This document shows, piece by piece, positions 18,342 to 28,335 of a stretch of DNA of 64,000 nt. The stretch is from Elusimicrobiota bacterium. GTDB taxonomy: Bacteria > Elusimicrobiota > Elusimicrobia > Elusimicrobiales > UBA9959. Below the pieces are notes generated by a model. The model made no database searches. It saw only the letters and a program-made list of their open reading frames with translations, and was not told where the DNA came from. The position numbers were made by a program, and so were the translations under genes. Within the stretch, counting starts at the first letter, position 1, and every line of letters starts with the position of its first letter. The stretch covers positions 1 through 64,000 of the forward strand of contig JAAYVI010000117.1 in NCBI GenBank assembly GCA_012517235.1, in the 5' to 3' direction.

Positions 18342-20033
18342 ATGAAAATTAAATTTCTTTTGACCGGCGTTTTATTTTTTCTTTCTTCTTTTTCTTATTG
18401 TCAGGAAGACGTAATTTTGAAAGCCGCCAAGAAAGAGTTAAACCGTTCTTTTTCGGAACTTAAAAATGCGGAAAAAGCCCCTCTTTATTTCCTTCAATAC
18501 GAAATATGGCAAGATAAAAACTATTGGGTATCCGCCAATTTGGGCGCTTTGGTTTCCGAAGGAGAAAACGAGCAAAATACCGCTACGGCCGACATAAGAA
18601 TAGGTTCGAGAGAATTGGATAATACTCACGAGATAAAAGGCAAAGAAAGCAGAAACTGGGAATCAAATTCCAAAGAGATAGAAACGGAACTTTTGACTAA
18701 AGGCGACGAAAATGCGATAAGGGCCAAACTTTGGAATCTCACCGATGCGGCTTACAAGGACGCTCTTAACAAATATATGAAGGTAGAGGCCAATAAACAG
18801 GTTACGGCCGGCGAAGAAGATAAGAGCGGAGATTTTTCTCAGGAAAAAACTACAGACGTTTATTACTCCAAAGCGGAAGATATAAAAATAGACAAAGACG
18901 AGATGAGAAAAAAAATAAAAGAGCTTTCTCTTATTTTCAAGAAATACGATTTTATACTGAATTCCTGGACGAGTTTTTCATTGGAATCTCAAAACAGATA
19001 TATAGTCAATTCCGACGGCGCGGAAATAGTAGCCGGAAATAATTACATGAGCATATCTTACGGACTTACGGCGAGAACTACCGACGGTATGGACTTAAGC
19101 AGAAATAAACAATATCATTTTGACAAAGTTTCCGACATTCCTTCTTTTGAAAAAATAGCGGCCGACATGGAAAATTCCGTAAAAGAACTAAAAGCTTTGA
19201 TCGGTTCTCCGTCTCAAGAACCTTATACCGGACCCGCCATATTGGAAAATCAAGCCGCGGCCGTATTTTGGCACGAAATATTCGGACATAGAATAGAAGG
19301 ACACAGACAAAAAAGCGAAAGCGAAGGTCAGACATTCGCAAAGAAAATAGGCGAAAAAATAATGCCGGATTTTTTAAATATCTACGACGATCCGAATATA
19401 AGATATTTTAAAGGAAAATTTTTAAGAGGATATTATTCTTACGACGACGAAGCCGTAAGGGCGCAAAAAGCTTCATTGGTGGAAAAAGGAGTTTTAAAAG
19501 GATTTTTGATGCAGAGAGTCCCTCTGGAAAAATTCCCCAAATCTAACGGTCACGGAAGAAGAAGCGAAGGCAATATGACTGTCGCCAGACAGGGCAATCT
19601 CATAGCCGAGTCTTCCAATAAAGTGCCTTACGAAAAACTCAGAGAAATGCTTTTGGATGAAGTCAAAAAACAAGGAAAACCCTACGGAATAATAATAAAA
19701 GACATAGCCGGCGGCTTTACCATAACTCAAAGATTCCTTCCTCAAAGCTACACTATCTTGATAAAATACGCGGTTAGAGTATATCCCGACGGCCGTCTAG
19801 ACGAGCCCATAAGAGGACTTAATATGATAGGTACGCCTTTGCAGACATTCGGACGAATTTTAGCCGCAGCCGACGACGACGACATATTTAACGGCACATG
19901 CGGCGCGGAATCGGGGTGGGTGCCTGTGTCCGCCGTAAGCCCGAGCCTTTTATTTTCCGAAATAGAAACGGAAAAACTTCAGAAATCAAACGAGATGCCG
20001 CCGATACTTAAAAATCCGATTTTTGAAAAATAA
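18342..20033 (+). CDS. secreted TldD-like metallopeptidase (TldD/PmbA family with HExxGH)
   Basis: signal peptide MKIKFLLTGVLFFLSSFSYCQ; catalytic-type motif FWHEIFGHRIEGH; 563 aa. Confidence 0.75.
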   Translation: MKIKFLLTGVLFFLSSFSYCQEDVILKAAKKELNRSFSELKNAEKAPLYFLQYEIWQDKNYWVSANLGALVSEGENEQNTATADIRIGSRELDNTHEIKGKESRNWESNSKEIETELLTKGDENAIRAKLWNLTDAAYKDALNKYMKVEANKQVTAGEEDKSGDFSQEKTTDVYYSKAEDIKIDKDEMRKKIKELSLIFKKYDFILNSWTSFSLESQNRYIVNSDGAEIVAGNNYMSISYGLTARTTDGMDLSRNKQYHFDKVSDIPSFEKIAADMENSVKELKALIGSPSQEPYTGPAILENQAAAVFWHEIFGHRIEGHRQKSESEGQTFAKKIGEKIMPDFLNIYDDPNIRYFKGKFLRGYYSYDDEAVRAQKASLVEKGVLKGFLMQRVPLEKFPKSNGHGRRSEGNMTVARQGNLIAESSNKVPYEKLREMLLDEVKKQGKPYGIIIKDIAGGFTITQRFLPQSYTILIKYAVRVYPDGRLDEPIRGLNMIGTPLQTFGRILAAADDDDIFNGTCGAESGWVPVSAVSPSLLFSEIETEKLQKSNEMPPILKNPIFEK

Positions 20034-20045
20034 TTTGGAGGAAAA

Positions 20046-21731
20046 ATGAATATAATTTTAGCCGTTTTTTTAATTTTGACAGCTTCGAATATCAAGGCTC
20101 AAGAGGATAATGTTTTAAAAGCCGTTTCCGACGAGGTAAATAGAACCGCGGCAAAGCTTAAAATAGAAAAATCTTCCGCTCCTTATTTCGCTTCGTGTTA
20201 CGTAGCCGACAGTTCGGAGACTTATATTTCGGCTTCTTTCGGAGAAATAAAGGAAAGCAAGTCTTATTTTAACAGAAACGGCAGATTTGAAGTCAGAATA
20301 GGAAACGAAATGTTTGACAGTTCTCATTATATTTCCAATTTCAGAGATTATAGGCCCGTATTTAGGAATTTGCCGGTTGAAGACGATTATGACAGCATAA
20401 GAAAAAGTCTTTGGCTTATGGCCGACGAAGCTTATAAAATCGCCGTTGAAAGATATTCTCAAAAAGAAGCTTATAGAAAGAAAAAAGACATAAAAGAAAT
20501 TTACGGAGATTTAAGTATTGAAAAACCGAACAGGTATTTTGAAAAAAATTCTTCTTGCGGAAATTTGGATAAACAGAGATGGGAGAAAAGACTTAAGAAT
20601 ATTTCTCAATTATTTAGAAAATATCCCAATATTTCAGATTCCGACATAAATGCCAGATTTTCTTCGGTAACCAGAAGGTTTTCCGATTCTCAAGGCTTTT
20701 CGTATAAAACATATTCCTGCGAAGCTTATGTTTCTATTTTTGTCTATATGCAGAACGAAGAAGGATATAAATTGAAAGACAATAAAGATTTTCTATATGC
20801 TTCGTGGAAAGAGGCGGAAGAGGATAATATAGAAGCGAAGGCGGAAGAATATGCGAAGTCATTAAACGATTCGTATAAAGCGGAAAAGATAGATTATTAT
20901 GTGGGTCCGGCTCTTTTCACTCAAGAAGCCGCGGCCGAATTTTTAAATCAGCTTTTTGTAAGAAATATTTCTTTCAATCCGAAACCCTGGGCCGATAAAG
21001 ACGAATGGCTCAAGTATTATTATGAAATTCCCAAATTAAAAGACAGAATAGGCAAAAGAATTTTGCCGGGATTTATTTGGGTTTACGACGATGCTAAGGC
21101 AAAAGAATACGAAGGCAGGAAACTTGCCGGATATTATGAGATAGATTCCGAAGGAATAGCGCCTTTGAAATTAGAACTGGTAAAAAAAGGAAAACTCGAA
21201 ACGATATACGCTTCCAGAAATCCCGACGAAAAAATAAGAAATTCCAACGGAAGGGGGAGAGCTTCTTATAATTTTTTCCCTTATGCTACCGCGGCAAACG
21301 TTTTCTTTATGTCGGATAAAAAATTAGATTCGCCTTCGGTAAAAGAAAAATTAATTTCTCTGGGAAAAGAACAGGAATTGGATTATGTTCTCGTAGTAAA
21401 GAAAATCGCTTCCTACAAAGATTCCGAAAGCAATCTCGGCAATCCTATTTTGGCTTATAAATTGGATCTTAAAACGGGCAAAGAAACTCCTTTAAACATA
21501 TCGGAATTCGAAGGGATAGGCCTCAGGGCTTTAAGAGACATCGAAGCGGTTTCTTCAAAAAATCAGGTGTATAATTTTTACCAGAGAGGCCCGTATTCGT
21601 ATTCGGCAAGCGCCGTACCTACTTCTATTATTTGTCCTCAAGACATATTAATCAGAGAAATAGAAATAAAGAAAACTCAGGATAAACCGGAAAAAAAACC
21701 GTATCTCAAACATCCGTATTTTACCAAATAG
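20046..21731 (+). CDS. secreted TldE/PmbA-like partner lacking HExxGH
   Basis: signal peptide MNIILAVFLILTASNIKAQ; same architecture as the upstream gene but LNQLFVRN occupies the HExxGH position. Confidence 0.65.
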   Translation: MNIILAVFLILTASNIKAQEDNVLKAVSDEVNRTAAKLKIEKSSAPYFASCYVADSSETYISASFGEIKESKSYFNRNGRFEVRIGNEMFDSSHYISNFRDYRPVFRNLPVEDDYDSIRKSLWLMADEAYKIAVERYSQKEAYRKKKDIKEIYGDLSIEKPNRYFEKNSSCGNLDKQRWEKRLKNISQLFRKYPNISDSDINARFSSVTRRFSDSQGFSYKTYSCEAYVSIFVYMQNEEGYKLKDNKDFLYASWKEAEEDNIEAKAEEYAKSLNDSYKAEKIDYYVGPALFTQEAAAEFLNQLFVRNISFNPKPWADKDEWLKYYYEIPKLKDRIGKRILPGFIWVYDDAKAKEYEGRKLAGYYEIDSEGIAPLKLELVKKGKLETIYASRNPDEKIRNSNGRGRASYNFFPYATAANVFFMSDKKLDSPSVKEKLISLGKEQELDYVLVVKKIASYKDSESNLGNPILAYKLDLKTGKETPLNISEFEGIGLRALRDIEAVSSKNQVYNFYQRGPYSYSASAVPTSIICPQDILIREIEIKKTQDKPEKKPYLKHPYFTK

Positions 21732-21752
21732 CCTATTTTTATTCTCTTAATC

Positions 21753-21804
21753 GGTGACAATTATCCGACGGCCGTCTAATAACTGTCACCTTTGGTTTCT
21801 ATTT
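21753..21804 (+). terminator. rho-independent terminator after the TldE-like gene
   Basis: GGTGACAATTATCCGACGGCCGTCTAATAACTGTCACC stem-loop followed by TTTGGTTTCTATTT. Confidence 0.6.
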
Positions 21805-21904
21805 ATTGATGGCGGGAATTTTAAAAAAGACGGATGAGAACGTATTTTAACTAAAGCCATTTTTCGGTTATTTTTATATAATATTTTTATTAATAGGAGG
21901 GAGT

Positions 21905-22738
21905 GTGAATATAAAACAAGTTTATTTCCCAAAAACTCTCAAAGAGGCTTTGTCTTTAACAAAGAAAAAAAATTCGGTTTTCATAGCCGGTTCTTCTTAT
22001 TCTTTTAAAAATATCCCGTCTCAAGCGGAGATAGCGGTAATGGGTTCGAATTTGCCTCTGACTTACATAAAAAAAGATTCCAAAAACTTAATTCTGGGAG
22101 CCGGCGCGACATTCGCCGATATGGAGGAAAACAAAATTTGTAAAACTCTTTTCGGAGGAGTACTTGCAAAAGCCGCTTCGGCTTGCTCAAGCCAGCTTAT
22201 AAGGAATATGGCTACGGTAGGCGGAAATCTCGCTCATCCCAACGCTTTTAATCTTATGCCTTTGCTATGTTCCTGTATGGACGCAAAAGTTAAAATAATG
22301 TCTTCTTCGGGAACTAAAACTGTTTTATGGAAAGAAATATACGGCGGAAAATATAAAGCGGGAAAAGATTTTCTCATAACCGAAATCCTTTTCCCTTTGT
22401 CTTATTCCAAAAATATTTTTTATTTTGAGAAGGTTTCTAAAATAAAATCTTCCTGGGATTCTTATATAACCGTCTGTTTTTCTCTCGAACTTAAAAAATC
22501 GGCGGTTAAAAATATATCTTTGGCTTTTTCCGCTTTGAGAGCCATACCCATAAGAGCTTTAGAAGCCGAAAAAAAACTCATAGGCAAAACGCTCGACTCT
22601 CAAACGATAAGCGAGGCCGCCGATTTATGCGCTCAAGAAATACTTTCCGTTCACAAAGGTTCTTCGTGGGAGTATAAGGCGAAACTCGCCGGGAATTTGA
22701 CTTCTTATTTTCTTTCTACGGCCGCGGAGGCAAAATGA
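21905..22738 (+). CDS. xanthine dehydrogenase-family FAD-binding subunit (set 2, divergent)
   Basis: GTG start with AGGAGG ribosome-binding site; ATVGGNLAHPNAF...LLCSCMDAKV; the AGGTDL position reads AGSSY. Confidence 0.75.
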   Translation: MNIKQVYFPKTLKEALSLTKKKNSVFIAGSSYSFKNIPSQAEIAVMGSNLPLTYIKKDSKNLILGAGATFADMEENKICKTLFGGVLAKAASACSSQLIRNMATVGGNLAHPNAFNLMPLLCSCMDAKVKIMSSSGTKTVLWKEIYGGKYKAGKDFLITEILFPLSYSKNIFYFEKVSKIKSSWDSYITVCFSLELKKSAVKNISLAFSALRAIPIRALEAEKKLIGKTLDSQTISEAADLCAQEILSVHKGSSWEYKAKLAGNLTSYFLSTAAEAK

Positions 22739-23235
22739 AAAGCGAAAATCTTACTTTAAATAAAAACGGGAAATTCGAAATAAATTTTACTCTTAACGGA
22801 AAAGAAATTTCCGCGCAAGTAAAACCTAAAGAAACTTTATTGGAAGCTTTAAGAGCTTTGGGTTATAAAGGCACAAAGAAAGGATGCGACACCGGAGATT
22901 GCGGTTCTTGCGCGGTAATTTTTAACGGAAAACCTAAAGTATCTTGTCTTATGCCGGCTTTCGCCGCGCATAAAGCCGAGATAATTACGATAGAAGGTAT
23001 AGGAAGCGTTTCCAAACCTCATCCGATACAGGAAGCTTTTGTCGAAGCCGGCGCCGTGCAATGCGGATACTGCATACCCGGAATGATAATTTCTACGAAA
23101 GCGCTTTTGGATAAAAATCCGAATCCGAGCGAAGAAGAGATAAAGCATTCTTTGGACGGCAATCTCTGCAGATGCACCGGATATGTGAAACAAATAGAAG
23201 CGGTTAAATTAGCCGCCAAGAAATTGGCGAAATAA
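22735..23235 (+). CDS. xanthine dehydrogenase-family [2Fe-2S] small subunit (set 2)
   Basis: CDTGDCGSCAVI...SCLM and QCGYCIPGMII...GNLCRCTGY. Confidence 0.9.
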   Translation: MKSENLTLNKNGKFEINFTLNGKEISAQVKPKETLLEALRALGYKGTKKGCDTGDCGSCAVIFNGKPKVSCLMPAFAAHKAEIITIEGIGSVSKPHPIQEAFVEAGAVQCGYCIPGMIISTKALLDKNPNPSEEEIKHSLDGNLCRCTGYVKQIEAVKLAAKKLAK

Positions 23236-23246
23236 TCGGAGAAAAT

Positions 23247-25571
23247 ATGAACGAAACAAAAAATTTCAAATGCGTAAACAAGAGAGTGGCTAAAATAGAT
23301 TCTTTGGGTTTGGCCTGCGGCGAACCGATGTTTGCCGACGACATAGATATAAAAGGACTTCTTCACGCAAAAATTTTATGGAGTCCTCACGCTCATGCCA
23401 AAATAAAAAACATAGACGTTTCCAAAGCTTTGAAAATAAAAGGCGTAAAAGCGGTTTTAACTTATAAAGACGTGCCGAGAATACCTCATACCACGGCCGG
23501 ACAGGGTTATCCCGAACCTTCTCCCTACGACACTTATGTTTTGGACAATAAAGTAAGATATGTCGGAGACAGAGTAGCCGCCGTTGCCGCGGAAACTCTT
23601 GAAGCCGCTGAAGAAGCTTTGGCCGCGATAAAAGTGGATTATGAAATTTTGCCGGCCGTTTTCGATCAGTTGGACGCTTTAAAGGACGGCGCGCCGGTAA
23701 TACACGACGAAAAAGATTCTAAAAATATTCCGGACGCAAAAAGAAATATAGCGGCAAAATTCGATTTTGAAGTCAAAAATTCGGAATGGTTCAAAGAAGC
23801 CGACTATGTGATAGAACAAACATACAGAATACCTTACTTTCAACATTGCGCCATAGAGCCGCATACCACTATCTGTTATTTCGATCATCAAAACAGATTG
23901 ATAATAAGAACCTCCACTCAGGTGCCTTTCCATGTTAGAAGAATAGTGGCTCAGGCATTAAACATACCGGTTAAAAACATAAGAGTGATAAAACCGAGAA
24001 TAGGAGGAGGATTTGGTTCAAAACAGGAAGTTTTGGAAGACATAGTAGCCGCTCTGGCTTTGAAAACCAATAACCCGGTTAAATTGGAATATACCAGAAA
24101 AGAAGTTTTTGTTTCTTCGAGAACCAGACATCCGGCATTCATGCGTCTTAAAACCGGAGTAAAAAAAGACGGAACAATAACCGACGCCGATATGGAAATA
24201 ATATTAAATACCGGCGCCTACGGCTCTCACGCTCTTACGGTTATGATGTGTTCCGGTTCGCATACCATTCCGATGTATAAAGTGAAAAATAATATAAGAT
24301 TTTCCGGCAAAAGCGTATACACAAATATGCCTGTGGCCGGAGCTTATAGAGGATACGGAGCTACTCAGGGATTTTACGGCTGGGAAACTCAGATGGATAT
24401 GATGGCCGAAAAAATCGGCATGGATCCCGTGGAATTTAGAAAGAAAAACTATATAAAATTGGGAGAAGGCTCTCCCGTTTTTAAGGCTATGGGCGAAGGC
24501 AGGGAAGGCGTAGAACAGGTTATAACTTCCATAGGCCTCGACGAAGCCATAGAAAGAGGACTGAAAGAAATAAAATGGTACGATAAAAAAGCCGAATATG
24601 AAAAATTCAATAAAACCTCTTCAAGAATAAAAAAAGGTTTGGGTATGGCTTGCCTTATGCAGGGTTCGGGTATTCCGGAAATAGATATGGCCAGCGCAAC
24701 CATAAAAATGAACGAAGACGGCTCTTTCAATCTTTCCGTCGGCGCGACCGATCTGGGCACCGGTTCCGATACCATACTTGCTCAAATAGCCGCAGAGGTA
24801 TTATGTGTGCCCAATACCGACATAATAGTTTATTCTTCCGACACGGATCTTACGCCTTTTGACGTAGGAGCTTACGCTTCCAGCACGACTTTTATTTCGG
24901 GAAACGCCGTAAGAAAAACCGCCGAAAAAGTAAGAGATATGATAATAGAAGTGGCGGCTAAAATATTGGAGGAAAAAGCGGAGAATTTATATTTGGCCGA
25001 CAAACATGTTTTCTCCAAAGACGGCAAAAAGGTTTCTTTCTCTGAAGTAGCCAATACTTCTTTATACTACTACAATCAGCATCAAATAATAGCCAGCGCT
25101 TCCCATACCGCGCATACGTCTCCGCCGCCTTTTTCGGCTCATTTTGCCGACATAGAAGCCGATACGGTAACGGGGGAAATAACCGTTAAAGAATATGTTT
25201 CCTGCATAGACTGCGGTACGGCCGTAAATCCTACTTTGGCGGAAGGTCAAAACGACGGCGCGGTTGTAAACGGAATAAGCCATACATTGGCGGAAGGTCT
25301 TGAATTTTCTCCAAACGGCACGCCTCTAAACGCCAATTTCAGGCGATATAAAATATTTACTTCAAAAGACATAGAAAAAATTAAAACCATACTTATTCCG
25401 ACTTACGAACCCAACGGACCTTTCGGCGCCAAGTCGGTTTCCGAAATAGGCATAAACGGACCTTTGCCGGCTATAAACAATGCCATTTACGACGCTTTAA
25501 AAATAAGGCTTTTCGAAGCGCCTTTTACTCCCGACAAAGTCCTTTCCGCCTTGGAGAAAAAAGTCGGATAA
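23247..25571 (+). CDS. xanthine dehydrogenase-family molybdopterin-binding large subunit (set 2)
   Basis: 774 aa; IGGGFGSKQE motif. Confidence 0.9.
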   Translation: MNETKNFKCVNKRVAKIDSLGLACGEPMFADDIDIKGLLHAKILWSPHAHAKIKNIDVSKALKIKGVKAVLTYKDVPRIPHTTAGQGYPEPSPYDTYVLDNKVRYVGDRVAAVAAETLEAAEEALAAIKVDYEILPAVFDQLDALKDGAPVIHDEKDSKNIPDAKRNIAAKFDFEVKNSEWFKEADYVIEQTYRIPYFQHCAIEPHTTICYFDHQNRLIIRTSTQVPFHVRRIVAQALNIPVKNIRVIKPRIGGGFGSKQEVLEDIVAALALKTNNPVKLEYTRKEVFVSSRTRHPAFMRLKTGVKKDGTITDADMEIILNTGAYGSHALTVMMCSGSHTIPMYKVKNNIRFSGKSVYTNMPVAGAYRGYGATQGFYGWETQMDMMAEKIGMDPVEFRKKNYIKLGEGSPVFKAMGEGREGVEQVITSIGLDEAIERGLKEIKWYDKKAEYEKFNKTSSRIKKGLGMACLMQGSGIPEIDMASATIKMNEDGSFNLSVGATDLGTGSDTILAQIAAEVLCVPNTDIIVYSSDTDLTPFDVGAYASSTTFISGNAVRKTAEKVRDMIIEVAAKILEEKAENLYLADKHVFSKDGKKVSFSEVANTSLYYYNQHQIIASASHTAHTSPPPFSAHFADIEADTVTGEITVKEYVSCIDCGTAVNPTLAEGQNDGAVVNGISHTLAEGLEFSPNGTPLNANFRRYKIFTSKDIEKIKTILIPTYEPNGPFGAKSVSEIGINGPLPAINNAIYDALKIRLFEAPFTPDKVLSALEKKVG

Positions 25572-25677
25572 AATATTTGCTCTTATCTGAAAAGCTGTAG
25601 GTATTACAGTTCTATTATGGAACTAAAATAACACAAAACAGTGCTATTGCAGCACCATATTTGATATAATTTATTTT

Positions 25678-26841
25678 ATGGAAATAAATAACATAATAAG
25701 AAATTTTGAGGAAATCCATAAAAGACTTATAGACTCTCTGCCGCAAAGAATAAGGCCGGTAAGTTTGGAATCGAATATAAGCGAAAAGAGAGCGGTTATA
25801 GTGTACGGACTTAGGGGAGTCGGTAAAACCGTATTTCTTTTAAATGCGTCTAAAAACAAAAATTTTCTTTATTTCTCCGCGGATAACCCTTTAATATATA
25901 ATATCCCCATAATAGAGTTAATCGATAAAATATTTAAATCCGGTTATGACGGAGTAGTAATAGACGAGATTCATTTTTCTAAGGATTGGGCGGCCCATTT
26001 GAAATCCGCTTATGACAGTTATCCTTCAAAAACAATATGGGTAAGCGGCAGCAGCAATCTTGTTTTGAAAAAAGGCCTTGCCGATTTATCGAGAAGATTT
26101 TTGTCCGTACATCTTCCTTTGCTTTCTTTTAGAGAATATATATATTTAAAAGAAGGGATAATGCTGGATAAGATAAATCTATTTGAGAGCATAAAAAACT
26201 ACGATAATATTAAATCTAAAAAAATAAATGTTTTAAAACTTTTTAAAGAACATATAAACGGCGGAATAAGGCCGATATTTTATGAAGGCGATTATAGTGA
26301 AAGGCTTAAAAATATGATTGAAAAAAGTGTTTTTTACGACATTCCTTTTTACATAAATACGATTACCGACAATTATTTAAGATTAATGAACGGCATAATC
26401 GGCCATTTGATAACTTCTCCTATCCCGACCTTAAATATCTCAAAAATGACCTCCGAGTGGGAGATAGGCAAACATAAATTGTATTTTTTGCTTGAAATTA
26501 TGGACAAAATGGAATTGATAAAAATTATAAAACCTAAAAATAAAAAACATACATATACAAAGGGCTCAAAAATATTTTTGACCGACTCTTCGATATATTC
26601 TTGTTTTAACGGAAATCTGGGAAATATAAGAGAATCCTATTTCGTAAACTCCGTTTCCAAATCCTATCCGATTTGTTCAAGCGAAAACGAAGATGAGTAT
26701 GATTATCTGGTCGGCGATTTAAAATTGGAAATAGGCGGCAAATCTAAATCGCTTAAAAAAGCCGATTTTGTCATAAGCGACGATATTGAAATGCCGGTTA
26801 AAAATAGAATACCTTTGTGGATGGCGGGACTTACTTACTAA
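25678..26841 (+). CDS. AAA-type ATPase of the AAA_14/DUF4143 family
   Basis: Walker A YGLRGVGKT; Walker B VVIDEIH; gene is visibly lower in GC than its neighbours. Confidence 0.7.
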   Translation: MEINNIIRNFEEIHKRLIDSLPQRIRPVSLESNISEKRAVIVYGLRGVGKTVFLLNASKNKNFLYFSADNPLIYNIPIIELIDKIFKSGYDGVVIDEIHFSKDWAAHLKSAYDSYPSKTIWVSGSSNLVLKKGLADLSRRFLSVHLPLLSFREYIYLKEGIMLDKINLFESIKNYDNIKSKKINVLKLFKEHINGGIRPIFYEGDYSERLKNMIEKSVFYDIPFYINTITDNYLRLMNGIIGHLITSPIPTLNISKMTSEWEIGKHKLYFLLEIMDKMELIKIIKPKNKKHTYTKGSKIFLTDSSIYSCFNGNLGNIRESYFVNSVSKSYPICSSENEDEYDYLVGDLKLEIGGKSKSLKKADFVISDDIEMPVKNRIPLWMAGLTY

Positions 26842-27009
26842 AACATTTTTATGTTATTTTAGATATTAGGGAAAAAAGATAATACCAAAATACGAAAAAA
26901 TATCTCTATTTTAAAAAAATCAACTTAAAATTAGAAAAGTTGATTTCGGCGCTTTCCAAAAAATGTATAATTTTACTGTTGCCTTAAAAAGATTTTAAGG
27001 AGGCCCGCC

Positions 27010-28332
27010 GTGGATAAAAAAGAGATTCTTAAAAAGATAGAAAAAGAAAATATAAATTTCATAAAGCTTTGTTTTGTCGATATTTTGGGACAGCTCAAAG
27101 CTTTTGCCATAACCAAAAGAGAATTGGAACACGCTTTAAACGAAGGCATGGGTTTTGACGGCTCTTCGGTCGAAGGTTTTGCCAGAATTTACGAATCCGA
27201 TTTGAGATTACTGCCCGATTGCGAAACTTTTAACATACTGCCGGTTTCTTTCGACGGTACAAAAACGGCGGTGATGTTCGGAGATATAATAACACCCGAG
27301 GGGAAAAATTACGAGGGAGATACTAGATTTATATTAAAGAAAAATTTGGCGGAAATGAAAAAAATGGGTTTTGACAGATTTATGGTCGGTCCGGAACTCG
27401 AATATTTTTATTTTTCAAATTCGTCGAAGCCTCAAATACTCGATAACGGCGGATACTTCGACAGCGTTCCTGTGGACGAATCCAGCGATTTAAGAAAAGA
27501 AACCATACTTGTTTTGGAAGAGATGGGCATACCGGTAGAATATTCCCATCACGAAGTGGCTCCCAGTCAGCATGAAATAGATCTCAGATACGACGAAGCC
27601 TTGAAAATGGCCGATAAAGTTATACTCTATAAACTTATCGTAAAGCAAATAGCGGCCAGAAAAAATATTTACGCTTCTTTTATGCCCAAACCTCTAAACG
27701 GAGTAAACGGCAGCGGAATGCATGTTCATCAATCTCTTTTCAAGGGAGATAAAAATACTTTTTTTGACAAAAAAGACGAGAATTTTTTATCCGATACCGC
27801 CAAAGCGTATTCCGCCGGCATACTTAAACATGTAAGGGAAATTTGCGCCGTAACAAATCAATGGGTAAATTCTTATAAAAGACTTGTTCCCGGATTTGAA
27901 GCTCCGGTTTATATAGCATGGGCGAGAAGAAACAGATCGGCTTTGGTAAGAATCCCTCAGTCTTTGGTAGGCCATGAAAAATCCACGAGAATAGAAGCGA
28001 GATTTCCCGACCCCGGCGCCAATCCGTATCTTGCTTTTTCGGTTATGTTGAAAGCGGGATTGGAGGGAATAAAAAATAATTATAAGCTGCCCAAAGCCGT
28101 AGAAGCCGATATTTACGAAATGGACGAAATCGAGAGAAAGGCAAATAAAATAAATACTTTGCCCGGTTCTCTTTTGGAAGCTCTGGAAGAATTTGAAAAA
28201 TCGAAAATAATGAAAGAGGCTTTGGGCGAACATGTTTTTGAAAAGTTTTTGGAAAATAAGAAAATAGAATGGGATAATTATAGAATTAAAGTTACGGATT
28301 ACGAGGTAGACAGATATTTGCCAATATTGTAG
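27010..28332 (+). CDS. glnA: glutamine synthetase type I
   Basis: GTG start after AAGGAGG; FDGSSVEGF and KPLNGVNGSGMHVHQSL motifs; 440 aa. Confidence 0.9.
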   Translation: MDKKEILKKIEKENINFIKLCFVDILGQLKAFAITKRELEHALNEGMGFDGSSVEGFARIYESDLRLLPDCETFNILPVSFDGTKTAVMFGDIITPEGKNYEGDTRFILKKNLAEMKKMGFDRFMVGPELEYFYFSNSSKPQILDNGGYFDSVPVDESSDLRKETILVLEEMGIPVEYSHHEVAPSQHEIDLRYDEALKMADKVILYKLIVKQIAARKNIYASFMPKPLNGVNGSGMHVHQSLFKGDKNTFFDKKDENFLSDTAKAYSAGILKHVREICAVTNQWVNSYKRLVPGFEAPVYIAWARRNRSALVRIPQSLVGHEKSTRIEARFPDPGANPYLAFSVMLKAGLEGIKNNYKLPKAVEADIYEMDEIERKANKINTLPGSLLEALEEFEKSKIMKEALGEHVFEKFLENKKIEWDNYRIKVTDYEVDRYLPIL

Positions 28333-28335
28333 TTT

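Noticed and set aside
19781-19800. 16-nt motif ATCC(C)GACGGCCGTCTA shared between the TldD-like CDS and the loop of the terminator at 21753-21790
   Set aside because: There is a single extra copy, and inside the CDS it simply encodes YPDGRLDE. This is most likely chance around the palindromic GACGGCCGTC core. I see no evidence of a repeat family or mobile element.
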